This document shows positions 11,995 through 25,986 of a DNA stretch of 64,000 nt, in pieces. The translations under genes and the position numbers were made by a program. The DNA is from Laetmonice hystrix (lineage: Eukaryota), in contig OZ249448.1 in NCBI GenBank assembly GCA_965235115.1, positions 13,578,001 to 13,642,000 on the forward strand, written 5' to 3'. Under the pieces are notes generated by a model. The model was not told the origin of the DNA. It was given only the letters and a program-made list of their open reading frames with translations, and made no database searches. Each line of letters opens with the position of its first letter. Positions within the stretch are counted from its first letter, which is position 1.

Positions 11995-14900
11995 TTTATA
12001 TCCTAGATCGGTGAGTATGTTTAAAGTAATTCAACAAAAACCAATCGAAAAAGACCAAAACACACACACACACACAGTGACTCAGGGCGAGACTCAACGC
12101 TTGTCTTATTCTGCCCTCCAAAATTCTAAACACCAACCATTACAACCCAACACAGAACACGTGAAAAGGATGCATTTTGTAAACAATTATGACTCATACT
12201 AGAGACATCGGTCTCTCGATCAATTACACCTCTATTACACTGTCGTAATGCCAACTGGCGTATTGTGTATATGCAGCTGGCTTTGAAGAATATATCGTCG
12301 ACGTTTTTAACTATTTTTAGAGTCAGCCAAGACTGAACTCAGTGACCAAAGAAATCTGTGACAGCGTCAAGGTGGTATACATGTATCCCTATTTCTCTAC
12401 AATAGCAACCCCCCCCCCCCCCCCCACACACACACAAAGCGTTCGCAAATTCTCCCAGCAATCCTAAACTAATCTGTTGCCTGTTTTCGGGTTGTGTGTT
12501 CAGATGGTGTTTTAGTATGTTCACATCTTTGCTAGGAGTTTATGGACACGTCTGAGATTCGTATTGACGTGACCAAAATAACCATATTTGGGCGTGGAGT
12601 TGTATCAGGTTCTAACGTGACCACCCGAGGTCCCCTCTGATCATTGACGCCGATCGATAGCAGATGCTCCGATTCGCTGCCTGTCTCTCCCTCGTGATCG
12701 TCACATCCTTGTAACATTCGGGGATCAATAACAGATGGCGTTATCTCCTGTAGACCTCTCTGGCTGCCCCCCCCCCCCCCCGTGTCCCCCCGGCCCCCCT
12801 TCCGTCCCCTCCCCTGACAGCCACCAGTACCGTAATATGGCTTTGTTTCGAGCACAATCAATAAACCTATGATTCACTCCAAACGAGTGAATCTTTTTAT
12901 GTGCACATCACTTGGTATGTGATCAGGGCCACGTGCACCTAGCTCTCAAACACGGCACGCTTTCATAAATATAGATTCGCTTTTAAAGTTTGAAATCACT
13001 TCCAAGTCTAAACTGTTAGTAGATTTCTTGATGCGAGACAGTCGACAGTTCGTCGTTTATCTGATTGCTCCACGTGGGCGCAGAAGGCCTGATCTCCTTT
13101 CTGCCTATCTCAATTAGGAACAATTGATTTTTGTTGCCAATTTCAAAGTCTTTACATCGACAAAACCCAGCAGTTTCATCTGATACTTGAAGAAACCTGT
13201 TTGAGACAATGTAATGGTGTATCAACGAATGACGTTAGCATGGTTGAACACACAGGTTATCATCCGTGCTATTTCAACATATGAAATCAATCGAAACACT
13301 GGTCGACCTTCCTGGGGCTGACACTGTTTTTGATAGTAGTGGAGGTGGTAGAAAGAGGTACTTCGATGATCGTTTCAAAAAGACATCCACCACACGACTA
13401 GGCTTGTGGATATTGCTACATTGATTTAAAGAAAAGGAACTCCAGAAAAAAAAGAAAAGAAAACTCTTTGTATACAATCACCAGGTATGGATATGTCAAG
13501 AAACGAAATTACTGTCGCGTCAAATTGTTTTCCATGAATCCTAGCCTAGTTTAATGGCACATAGCAATTTATGTACTAATGCCAATACAAAAGTATATGC
13601 TCCCAAAAATACCTCTTAAAATTTCTAGAAAAGAATCATTTGCTGGTTCCTAAACCCAACGCTGATGTGGGCGAGCAGGTTAAGATGTAGCAGCGCTCTT
13701 GGTAGTCGTTCTCCTATAAAACGTTCGTGTTTTGACTGATCTGATATTGTAAAGGTAACACAACTCCTGACAATGATGAATTAATACAGCTTTGTGATGC
13801 ATAAAAAATGTGAGATAAACCTTATATGACGAAAAACATTCAATAAGCTTTTTTCCGAGGAATAACACAATGCAATTTTCTCCCGTTACTGGATAGTTAG
13901 ATTCTGTAATTACAATGTCAGAAACAAAGCTTTACTTTTGAGGAGACAAACAACATAATGAGTGCTCCTTTGACGTGTTCCCTATCCGCGATTATCATCA
14001 GGGATGGAGCGTATAAAGAGTGCCATCATTCAAGTTAAGGATTGATGTTTCCATGTCGTTCAGAAGAAATGCCCGCCCGGCGGGTGCACCTTAATTAAAA
14101 GCCGACTTGTATGGCAGGGCCTCGCTGTGCGATTGCAGAAGGCACTATGATCCTTTACCATTGTGGCCTTTCATGTTGGTGCCAATCAATGGCCATGGCG
14201 CTGCAGCTCGCAATAACTTCGGATCAAAGCCATCGAACATCGATGCGTCATATCTGCGGCGGACGTCGCAGCGTCGCTCCCCTATTCACCTCCGTTGTGA
14301 AGTCAGCGATGCCATCGACATGACTGCAGGCACAATGCGAGCGGTAAAAATCACCGATTGATTTTTGTGGCGTGTCGTTAGCAAAGATGAGAAGCTTGGA
14401 TGAGGCCTGTTGTCTCTCTGTGAGACCGGTGGGGTTCCACGGGGGCAACGCTTCCCCTCTCTCCTCCCTACTCGCCATCCGGGGGTCGGTTCGCCCTACC
14501 TTGGTAATCTCCCCCCTCCCCACATCCCTGCCTAACTCCGGCTCCAGTCTGCTCGCCAACGTCCCGCCAACGTCCTCAGATAGAGCTTCCAACGTCAGGG
14601 CCATCTCTGGTTATCTCTCTAGAACTGGGGACGACACATTGAGCAATGCCCACTTGTCTTACAACTGACTGTACATACTCAAGTCGTTTTCGCAGAAACG
14701 GATTGACAAATCCTAAATCTATCCAATAATGGAGCGCTTTTCCTTGGGTTTAGCTGCATTTTCTCTAGCTGCAGCCTAACAATGCCATTGCTTGGATGCC
14801 ATGCCAAGTATTTGTTGATCGAAAGAGAAATAATGTCTGCCTGATCAGCCATCTAGTTGGCCATAACATCTTGTGGCAATCGCAACCTACAGAGTCGCTT

Positions 14901-15047
14901 ACGCTTCACCTGAGGAAGGCCTAAGGATAATACCTTTATGTATTTCATTCGTTCACTTCTATTCTCGTAAAGTCCTATACTTGACCAGTTAAAGATGACC
15001 AACTGCCTCACTTACTTATCACAGTTTTTAGATTGCGTCCCTTTTCC

Positions 15048-15588
15048 TGAAGTCAGTCAATGACTTGAAGTCAGTCAATGACTTGAAGTCAGTCATTGAC
15101 TTGAAGTCAGTCAATGACTTGAAGTCAGTCAATGACTTGAAGTCAGTAAATGACTTGAAGTCAGTCAGTGACTTGAAGTCAGTCAGTGACTTGAAGTCAG
15201 TCAATGACTTGAAGTCAGTCAATGACTTGAAGTCAGTCAATGACTTGAAGTCAGTCAATGACTTGAAGTCAGTCATTGACTTGAAGTCAGTCAATGACTT
15301 GAAGTCAGTCAATGACTTGAAGTCAGTCAATGACTTGAAGTCAGTCAATGACTTGAAGTCAGTCAATGACTTGAAGTCAGTCAGTGACTTGAAGTCAGTC
15401 AGTGACTTGAAGTCAGTCAGTGACTTGAAGTCAGTCAATGACTTGACGTCAGTCAGTGACTTGAAGTCAGTCAGTGACTTGAAGGCAGTCAGTGACTTGA
15501 AGGCAGTCAATGACTTGAAGTCAGTCAATGACTTGAAGTCAGTCAATGACTTGAAGTCAGTCAGTGACTTGAAGTGAGTCAATGACTT
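15048..15588. repeat. 18-bp minisatellite (TGAAGTCAGTCAATGACT), about 30 copies
   Basis: Visible tandem array with few variants. It explains the KSLTDF and KSVNDL repeat ORFs. Confidence 0.98.
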
Positions 15589-18500
15589 AAATTTGAAAAC
15601 GGTGACCGACTATAGGAAGGCAGCGATCAGGGTCAGTGACAGGGCAATCATTCAATAAATTTCCCTCGACAAATCGTGTCGTCCCCCCTGACGACTTCCC
15701 GCTAAATCCACCTCCTCGAAAGGCTGGGAGATGAATTCCCACATAGGAAGAGACTTCACGAACCTCATTAGGAAGTGTCTCTACTTTCTGACTACAAATG
15801 GGATCATGGCAAGGTCACATTGCATGACTTCATCTTCCTCAAGGACTATGATTTGTCTGAATGACTCTTCAGGCAACACTGGGTGTGTGTGTGTGTGTGG
15901 GGGGGGGGGTCTTGATTTTTGCTAAACAATACTGCAAGTAGGACGTATGGTTAGACGTTACCATTCTGATTAATCTTGTTTTTGAAATAAGATTCAAGTC
16001 ATTAGGGAATACGTTACAAACTGAATATTTACCATGGGTAACGTACAGATACACGTATACCTACTAGAACATGTCAGAGGCAAAGCAACAAAAGGTGCAT
16101 TTGAAAAAGTCAACATCTATATCTCAAAGGCCTCTTTCCAACGCTGAAGTAGTAAATTAAATGGCACTAAATCCATGCTACCTTCTGGTAAACCTTTCTT
16201 GGATCAGTCATTTGGGATAAAGGAAACAAAGAAGAGAAAAAAACAAATAACAAACCAGCCACTCAATGACACGGACATCTTAAACGCCCTCTGTCTTTTA
16301 AGCGGATTGTTTGCAAATCAGAGCAATTGAAAACCCTTCACCGATTTAAACAGATTACATAAAAGTTAAGACGCTGAGCGATACCGGTTTTCCAGCTGTC
16401 ATCTTGTGCCGCCTTACTGGGTGGCGCCCCGTTAATTACAGCCACTGTGGCTAATTGAGGAGAGACGGGTTTCAAATGTGAACAACTCATCAGTCGTCAC
16501 TGCCGAATTGATCTGTCACAGCAGGCCGACCGTCAGTCGGGCACGGTTTATCACGATTGCCATACTTTGCCTGCCGCATTTACTATTCACCGGTTTACGT
16601 CAGGTGATGGGAGGAAGGACGGTACGGTTCTGGCCCCCTCACTGGTGGCTACCGATTGTTACTTTATCTTTTGTTTATTTTAAACTGAAAGTATTTGTAC
16701 CAACATGAAAACCCTCCAAACAGTGACGTGGTAAGGGTTTCTTGTTTTGTTTTTTGGGTTGGTTGGGGGGGGGGGGGTTGAAAGGGCATACCATAGGCCT
16801 TAGGGTAGATATTTGAAAATTTAAGGAAGTCAAAAGGAAGTCACAAGGAAGTGCTCCACACCTAGAGGGAGTCCCCCACTCCTAAAACGGATGTTTAGAA
16901 AACCCTGGCACTCATTTCAAAGTGTTGTAGAGTTAAATAGATGTAACGACCTATTATCAGGTTTTAGAGTGCCTGAGCACCTGTTGATACACGGAGAGCG
17001 ATCTGTTGTAGTTGGTATGTAACTGGTTTGTAGCGTGCAATGATTTCACAGCCACTTCTTCCACAGATATCTCCTCTGACTGTACGTGGCACTTACCATA
17101 TATAATATGTATCCATCATCTATTTCAATACATACATCCTGATGTGTTGTCAGGAGAAACGCTTACATGGGACGTTATTCAATCAAGCGACTCGACGCGA
17201 TGCGGTGAGGAATCATCTACCATCTCTGCGGTATCTACCCGACCAAACCCTACCCATACATAACTAAACCGTCATACTTGGCTCTCCCCGGCACGGGTGG
17301 TAATGTACAATGTGACCACAATCTGATGGGCCCTTCCTTAGGTTTGTTGGCATATGAAAAGCTATCTGTCTACAACTGTCACATAATTAGCGGCTGTAAT
17401 CAATCAGAATCCAAACGTGCCCTCAACGTCAGCGACGGCCATCACTCAATGGGCTCATCAAAATGATTCATTTCCCTAGCAATGGCCACTTAAAACACGC
17501 AAAAAACCCAGTGTCAGCGCGGCCACGCTCGCAAACCAAGGATATCGAAGCGGCACAAATAGTGGTAAGTTAACTATTAATGACTGGGCGAGGAGGCAAC
17601 CACTCGCCTTCTAAACACATCGGTGATCTTTTGCGGCCATCCGATAAAACATCTATTCATCAATTACTTATACATCGAGTGCTGTCAGACTGGCCTGCAT
17701 TTTTAATCGATATCTATGGGTGTTGTTGGGCTGGAGCAGGGCTGTGGATTAGGTAAGCCATAGCGTGACAATACACAACGACTGACCCCGCGCCGCCCGC
17801 CTCCATACAACTCCTACCAGCCGAAATCATAACGAGAAACTGTCAGCAGCAAAATCACACCGAACAATCAGGCATAAATCTTTGCCCGTATTCCATTGGT
17901 CGATGTCACCTGATGCCATTTGCATGATGTCATCTGAGGATGACCCAGGCATTTTGTGCTACAGGCAAAACTGTCATGCTTTCTTCTAAATGGGTCCGCT
18001 TTTTACAACTACCCATACGGCTAGAGATCACTACTCATGAGACCGAAAAAAATATTAGAAAATCTTTTTTCCTTCATTGTTATATTCCGCTCTACTCGAG
18101 GCGAGCCAATATCCATTTATGGCGCCATTAACGAACAACTTGCTCTAAGAGCACGCAATGTATCATACACTACAATTTGTCCATAACCTGTTTATTTGCA
18201 CAGGGACAAAACTGGGATTGCACAGAGGCACAGGTAGGGACGGACGTTGTATCAAATGAAATACGGAATTTTCTTGCTATGTCGTAAATTGCAGGCGAGA
18301 TTTAACTCCCGATTTACGTAATTCCTCGTGCTTGGAATGATGGAATCTAGTGAGGAATCTCCATACCTCCCTAGCTTGAAGTATTGTTCTAACGTTTTAT
18401 GGCTTTTAAAGTTTCTATGATCTCACCTGGTTCCGACTTTCAATGAAGGAAAACCTGTCATCAGACAATGAGACCACCAGTGGTGGTTTCCATGGCATCA

Positions 18501-21500
18501 TCTGTCTACACGTTTTAAACGATCACAATCTGTGCGCACCATTCCCACAAACCAGACCACTGGGTTTCTATGTTTCCGTCCAAAGTGAACTTGAGGACCG
18601 AGACTGGTCAATGACCCTCTCCCGCGTCCTTATCCTCCAGGCTCATCCCCCTCCGCCCTCCTCACAGAGGAGGCACCACGGCACCCTTAGAGAAACACAG
18701 CAATCAAGGCCAAAAACAACCTTCCAATCTTCACCCACAACCTGCAGAGTTTCAAATAAAAACTCCACATCAATCAATAAACACTGCTCAGACAACAAAG
18801 ACGACAGATTTTTTCTCCCTCATCGATGCTGTGCTTCACAAATTTGTAATACAAGCAAGGATCAATGAGGTTACATTATAGTGGTGTATGACAGAGGGAG
18901 ATAGATCAACACGGCTACGGTTACACACTGCATCTATTAGATCGGCTCATCTGGAGGCAACAACTCTGACAGGTTAACGAGATAGGAAAACTTAAACCTT
19001 GGGATGCATCACTTGCCATTTACTGCATGACAAACTTGAAAGCTCAATACTTTATTAGATTACAATTCCGAGCTTTGACGGAGAAAAAAAGGCAAGGACC
19101 ACTCAGCCAGCCACGTTTTCTGATGTTTCTCCGTTTTGCATTTTCTCTTGCTGCGGATTCAATATCACTATTTCAATCAGGAACGCTGGGTTTGATTGGT
19201 TGCTTTTATGTTTCTTACGACATTTTCCCGTGAAAGATAGTTTTGTTCCTTGTCTATGATAATGAACAGTTACCGGGGTGTGCGCTTTTTAAAGGACATT
19301 TATCCTTAATTAAAAAAAACACGTATTTATTTGAACAATATTTTCTAAACTTTTCTATCACTTTACACGTGCTTGCTATTAACATTTAATCATCCCTACT
19401 TGCCATTACTGTATAATTATCTCATAATTAATAGTGTAAAATGTTTTCATCTAGTTGATATAACTCACTACTTTTATTCAAGCCTCTGCTCACTTGATCT
19501 ATCCGAGTTGGATATCTTCTGAATCAAGATCTAAACTATTACTGGAATCACTCCCCAAAAGGATATTTCAAAGTTAATAGCATGATTTTGGCACATTGAA
19601 TATGGGGTGAAAGAATAACATACCTAAGAGAATTATGACTGAATGCCTAACAGGATTATTCGTGGAACTACAACATCAGCTAAAACATTTATCTTCTGAT
19701 GGAAGTCATAGTTTGAAGTTAACCGCGCTGCGAGTCAATGTTTTAAAATACCGGCACGTAATAGCAATATGATTTTACTGCATGGTTTAATGGTCTAAAA
19801 GGTAATAAGACATAACTATAACGTTACACATGATACCTATATATAGGAGGCGGATGAAAGTCTGAACGAATGAAAAGTAATAAAAAGCGAGTTGGAAAGT
19901 TGCACAGGATATTCCTCACTCAGGAGAACTTTACAAACCTGTTTAATGACTCAATATTATAAGGTATACTGTTATCTTTTTTATAACCCATAGAGATAGT
20001 TGATAGGTAACTGCCTTCACGTCCGTAAAGTGAAACCAACTGATTTTTGTATGCTATCTCGGCAAGAAGAAAGCTGTATGCCAAATGCACATTAAGTAAA
20101 GGAATCAAGAAACTTAGTTATATGCATCATTTCCGGAAAAATCCGCATCCAGGCAAGGCAGGGCCTCACTATGCTGTAGTTCAAGTTCTCAATATATGCA
20201 AACACAAACCATTAACGATTTCAACTCAAAACAAACGGGAAGGATAAAAACACACTATGGGTCGTCTTTCCTTTTCCTGGTCTACCTTCCCATAAGAGCA
20301 AGACAGATAGCATTGCATTTCCGTTCAGCTTTCACCGATAAGAAAACAAGCTCACTGAAAAAAGTTGGCACAAGATGAGTATTTGTGAAAGATATCTATC
20401 ACTGCTTGGATTATGTGGACGGTTACGCAAACAGATCGGTGAGGCAGACGACAGTGTCGTATGCCACAGGCTGCAGCTGTGATTATTTACTGTAGTGAGA
20501 CCTGAACTGCTACCAGCAATGTTGCCCGTTACTGACCCCAACCCCCCTTTCCCCTCCACCCTAGCGTTCCCCGTCACCTACAACCATGTCGATGACATGT
20601 CATAGCCCAAGACGACATGTAAGTAGAGACGTATAGAGAACTTCCCCTTGGCCTCTCAAATTGAAATAAATATATTTAATTAAAGCACACAGGCGGAAGT
20701 GGCGACATTGAGCCACGTAATAGGCATCGGCCTCTTGGCATCTCTGTTGTGAAAGCCAGCACAGAGTAGGTGCAGAGATACGGCCGTTTTCCGGAGCTAG
20801 TCCTTCCTGCTCATTTTGCCCATCTCTCTATCCGTCAAGATATAGATTACTGACTCTTTTTAAACAACCGCCTTTCTGGATCACCATGGCAATAAGGAAA
20901 CGGGCTGAGAGTCTATACATAATGGACTGACTGTGAGTTAAAACTTCTGACTTTATTTATGAAAAGTTCATAAAGGCAAACAGCCCCCCCCCCCCCCCGG
21001 TATGCGGGGGACCGTATGGCGAGGAGCGACGTGCAGGTTCTGTAACTCAGCCTGAGTCTCATTCAAAAATTCCTCAAAACCTGTTTAACTAGGGGCCCCT
21101 TCCCAAACACCACCTGATTTTTTTTTTTATTTTTTTTTTATTTTTTTTTTGGGGGGGGGGGGGGGTATGAGATTTTGTTTGGATGCCCATTGTGCAAACG
21201 CCCCATGATGAGCCCCGTTTTGTAGACTCCCCCAATCTAATTATAGCCACAACCCCGTGTAGGTGGTGGGCGTCAGATCCAGGGTTGTAGTAGGTGACAT
21301 TTAGGTGAGTCGCCCATACCTGGATGAGTCCTGTAGATGGTCCGCCTGCCCCATCCCTGCCTCCAGTCTTCACCCATAGCCTGTTAATCACACCCATATT
21401 GACATTATGATGGATGAGATGTGATGGATTAATGGTGTGTGCTGCATCGTTGACTTCTCAAGTCAATCCTGGCCAACATATCGTGCATTAATCACCAGTG

Positions 21501-23787
21501 CCAACATCTCATACTCAATAAGGTCCTCAAGTAACTTTGCATCTAAAAGGACTCAACACATTTTGGTCGCACTCCACCGTTTTATTGAAAAATGAACTGG
21601 TTGGAAGACGCGCCTAAAGTTCAAGGAAGTTTCATTCACTGAAGGTGGAGTGATAATTGTGGGATTTACATCATTCCGTGTACTTACTTAATAACAGGAA
21701 CCATGGTTTTTACATTATCACTGTTACGTACCTGGATATAACAATGTCAGATAACCTCTTGGTCGTGACAATTAAATCATGTCTCATCAGATAATGCCAG
21801 GGATGTGAGACATTTTATTGTACATTACTGGAATTATTGATGACAACGTATCATACTCATTTTCATATTTAACCATGAAATTTTTGCCGGTGTGAAATTT
21901 ATGCACATTTTGCACAAGAAGAAATTTGGCAAAACTTACATACAGTAAAAAAACACTACCACACTGAGAAACGGGAGAGATCAAATTTGGAAATTTCCTA
22001 AAAATAGACAAGGCAAAAGGTCCAGAAGAATTACATTACACATTGCAAACATTTCCCGATTTAAAATATTCTGACTCATGGGCTACGTTTTCTTGCGCTC
22101 ATGTGACACAATATTGTAAAATGGTAAAGGTGGCTTGCGCTTTTGGGGAGAGACAATTTCTTTGGGAAAATAGGATACGTGTACTTTCATCAGCTTGACC
22201 ATTCGATGCTACTGACGGAAGTACTGGTAATTTGAAGCATAATCCAATGTACTAAGACGCTGTAACCAGAACACTGCACAACGAGTTAATCTTTCCCTTC
22301 CATGTAGCATCTCAAGTAACTGAAACGCCTTGCTTTTCCTTTCTTCTGGACCAATGGCGATTTCAAATAAGCAAACCTTATTTTGATTGGAAACTAAAAT
22401 ATTCCCTTTTTAAAGATCATTTTACGTAATATATGGATCAGACCCAAGACCTATAGGTTAAAAATTCCCCTGCCTAAAATATACATTCCTCTGCCAACCT
22501 TTGACAGTGTTATGATTAATAGCTGGTGCCATCATGTCCTTCTCTAAGTCAAACAAAACCAATTTTCAATATGGTAACCCGGCAGACGAGTGGATACCGA
22601 TAGAGTCGGCCAAATACTGGAGGCTTCCGACACTAAAACAGGTTAGTTATTGAGATCAAGCATGCGCCTAATGGCTATATTGAGAGCTATGACAGGGATT
22701 TTCATTAAATTACCTTATTTTCCTTGCACCTATGCAACCATCAAATACCGTCATTTATGGACTAGTTGCAGGGTGAGCTGATGGAATTCAGCGTGGAATA
22801 GTTATTGATGAGGTTTCACAGCCAGTTAAATGGGTTCGCTGATTCCAGCCATAAATCACCAGTTACCAGTATTCAATAAGTAAAATCACCCGGGCTGGCC
22901 GGGAATAGGATGATCAGATAGAATCCACTCACTCCCCTCACAGGATTATCAATAATCCCACTGATAGAGACCTTTAGAGACCTCCAGGTTTTGGTTGGCA
23001 TTGGTTAATAACGGATCTACAGGTGGTCAGGACCGTATAATACTGGATGATACTTTATTTGTTGAATATTTCGTTTAAGGGGACACTTGATGGCTCAAAT
23101 GTTACTGTATGGGTCATGAGAGAACTGTGTAAGATTGATTCTGTCCATAACATTCCACATACCAGCTCTGCATATCATCTTTGTTTATGGGTTCATTTTA
23201 CATGATAATTCTTTGAGGCTTACCATTCTAGCCAGCTGTCACCCAAATATATCATATCGAATGGTAAATATCAGTTACCTAACATTATGTAACAATACAT
23301 AATACATAAATCAGTAACTGATGATATTGACATTGATAAATACAGGACCTGCAATAAGAGACAGAAACTTGGGCTTTGTTTATTGAGTGGGATATGGTCA
23401 CAAATCTGTTAGAGATGGCCTCCCTGTTTCTGTACCTGCACTTGTTAATTATTAAAGGTAACCCGCTAATACGTCAACATTGTGCAAGGATACTCAATAC
23501 TTTATACCAACTGACATATTGCCGAGCTTCCCAAATGTTATACAGTTGTATCTGCAAGTGTTTTGGCATAAACTGATGACATGTGTATATGAAACCAAGA
23601 ATATATTTCCTGTCCACCACTGAGACTTTGTGCCACAGAAGCTGAACTTCTGTGATGAAGTTGTGCTTTCAATAACAAAACAAGCAAATGTCATCTTTTG
23701 ATCCTGTAAAATCTTTCAGGTAAAATGGAAACATTGTATTTTGTAAATAATATTGAAGATGAAAATCTTCTTGTATTGGATGCTTAC

Positions 23788-24063
23788 CAACTGTCGTCGA
23801 CTGAGGTAAGTAGAGAGTAAACGTCTCCGTTGCCCCATAATATGTAAATCGGCCATCCTATTCCATTCTCTGCTTCTCTCCTGTTTACACCGAGACGGGA
23901 TTTCACCTCCAGCGCCACCTTGGGGCCAAAATCAAAGGCGACAGCAGTTTCACCGAGAGCGACACTGAAAGTGGTCCGAGACGCTGACAGACTGTAGTTT
24001 TCGCTGGCGTCTGACAGTGGATAAGTTTGTTCTGCAGTCTGCGGATTCGTCAAGTTGTATATT
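23788..24063 (-). CDS. NUP88: Nup88 coding exon 4 (IYNLTNPQT...ALGETAVAFDFGP...GWPIYILWGNGDVY...VDDS)
   Basis: Acceptor ggacag|, donor TG|GTAAGC, 276 nt. Contains LGETAVAFDFGP, identical to the recalled human NUP88 motif, and PIYILWGNG (human PLYILYENG). Confidence 0.96.
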
Positions 24064-25279
24064 CTGTCCAGAAAAAAACCCACAAGACAAAATGAAAGCA
24101 AATGTCTGGAAATTGAGACTTTGTGAACACATTATAAACAACAATATCGAGCAATGGAAAATTCTTCTATTGTTGTTTCTGGGTGGTGTTATGCAGAAGC
24201 ACTGATACCGAGGTCCATTTGGTGAGATCAGCTCACAATGGTACACAGTATCAGGCAGTCATCAGTAACTTGTCATTCGTATTACCATTCGTAAATCTAT
24301 GCCCCGAACCTAATCATGTGACATTATTGGTAATTCTGCCACCTATCAACTCGTGTATGAACATCAATGACGCTGATAGGCGCTACTAACTGTGGCGCAC
24401 TGATACACATACATTTATGAATAAAGAAATCTTGGTTTCTTTGTGGCTTTGTGATCGCCTATCAGATCCGAATGGATTCGGAATAAATATAACCCATAGT
24501 AGATGATTGTGATAGAAAATGACACATACAATTTGTTTGTTCGGTTAAATGTTGTGTTTCTTATTTCCTTTTTTTTTATAAACGCGATCGTTCATGATAA
24601 TAATGGTTGCACAGTCTACTCCCATTTGTATTGCGGATTATTTATAATGAAAGCCAGAATACCACAGGATTCCTCAGGAAAGTTATGTGATGTCTGATTA
24701 ACTCCCACCAATTTTTTTACGGATGAGCATTTGATTTGACTTAAATCAGCTTGCTATCTACTTTCACGAGAGTACTTCTCGAATGAGTTTAAATCTAAAT
24801 GATCAACTTTGATGCTATCTGCCTTTTGCGGAATGTGAACAGTGTTGGAACTTGCCTGAATTATTAAGGCTACTGACAGAAACTCACTAGTTTGTATAGA
24901 TATTTTTAAAATGGGGGAAAATGCCAGTGAAAGTCTTACATTCATCCATTCATAATCACTAAATGAGCAGGACAGAGAGTTCTGATCAACCATTATCTGA
25001 AGGTCATAGTGGACTCGTTTCAAAGACTCGCAGAAATCACACTTATTAACACTAACAGTACTGCGGGACACCAACCGAGAAAAGTGCTTTTACAGATCAA
25101 AATACAAATCAGCTCAAGTAAAATAAGTATCATGAGCCAGATTATTTTAAACTTTTACGGCAATAACTGTAACAACACGCCCACCTTCCACTCATGTTGA
25201 CTTCCCTACTCACTGTGATTGTCTCCTGTGTAAACTCATACTGAGTAAGTTTCTACCTGTGAGTAACTCACTCACTCAC

Positions 25280-25405
25280 CTGATATGGTTATCGGAGGTG
25301 AGTACCACCAAGTGGGTGTCGGTGGTACTGCCCGGGTGCCAGGCCACATGTAGCACCCGCACCTTTCTGTTGGAAATAAAGAGTCGCTCCCCAATGGTGA
25401 TTGTC
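25280..25405 (-). CDS. NUP88: Nup88 coding exon 3 (TITIGERLFISNRKVRVLHVAWHPGSTTDTHLVVLTSDNHI)
   Basis: Acceptor tttcag|, donor AG|GTGAGT, 126 nt, phase 2 at both ends. Matches human AERFF...LKHAAWYP...HVVLLTSDNVIR (recalled). Too short to appear in the ORF track. Confidence 0.95.
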
Positions 25406-25635
25406 CTGAAACATTAAAAATACAGTAAATGTTTTTAAAAACGTCTCATACAAAATATTCTTGATCTTCCATTACTTGTAAAGGTGCCAACTTGTAAGGA
25501 ACCTCATGAAAACTTTGTGTGTTTATTTTGCACAAGTTAGTCACAGTACTTGACACATAGCACATAATAATAATAACCCGTTTTAAAACATGTTATATTA
25601 CTAATAACTAGGATGTACAGGAAAGACTCTATAGA

Positions 25636-25690
25636 TTAACAGACTTTTTTTTTCTTTATGGTATTAACAGACTTTTTTTTCTTTATGGTA
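25636..25690. repeat. Short tandem duplication (about 28 bp x2)
   Basis: TTAACAGAC(T)nCTTTATGGTA twice in NUP88 intron 2. Confidence 0.85.
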
Positions 25691-25816
25691 TACAGGCAGG
25701 TTCCTTTTCATGGTTAAATGGGTCACTCCCCATCACTCTTTTTACGTATTACATACTCCGAATTTTGTAACTGAAGAAATATAATAGTTCATCAATCAAC
25801 CTGCAGTATTACTTAC

Positions 25817-25986
25817 TTGCATGTGATTTTCTTTTTACCGGCTTCAAACTCGGCATATTTTCCTGATCGGTGTGGAAGCTGTAAAACAGAGAGTCCACGC
25901 TGGCCGACGAGGGCCACAAACGCTCCTGTCTGGCTGAACGCTAACCACTCCACCTCAAACACAGGGACCCTGGTACACAGCAATGT
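25817..25986 (-). CDS. NUP88: Nup88 coding exon 2 (TLLCTRVPVFEVEWLAFSQTGAFVALVGQRGLSVLQLPHRSGKYAEFEAGKKKITC)
   Basis: Acceptor tttcag|, donor AA|GTAAGT, 170 nt. Aligns colinearly with human [56 protein letters not shown] (recalled). Confidence 0.95.

Noticed and set aside
15028-15582. KSLTDF and KSVNDL repeat ORFs
   Set aside because: Artefacts of the 18-bp minisatellite, open on both strands.
16733-16907. Three tandem GGAAGT (ETS-like) motifs at about 16825-16853
   Set aside because: They lie within a probable MITE remnant (AGGGTTT...AAAACCCTG ends, poly-G), so they are more likely element-internal repeats.
23570-23720. TGATGA box-C-like motifs near NUP88 exon 4, suggesting an intronic snoRNA
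   Set aside because: No matching box D with a terminal stem at a suitable distance.
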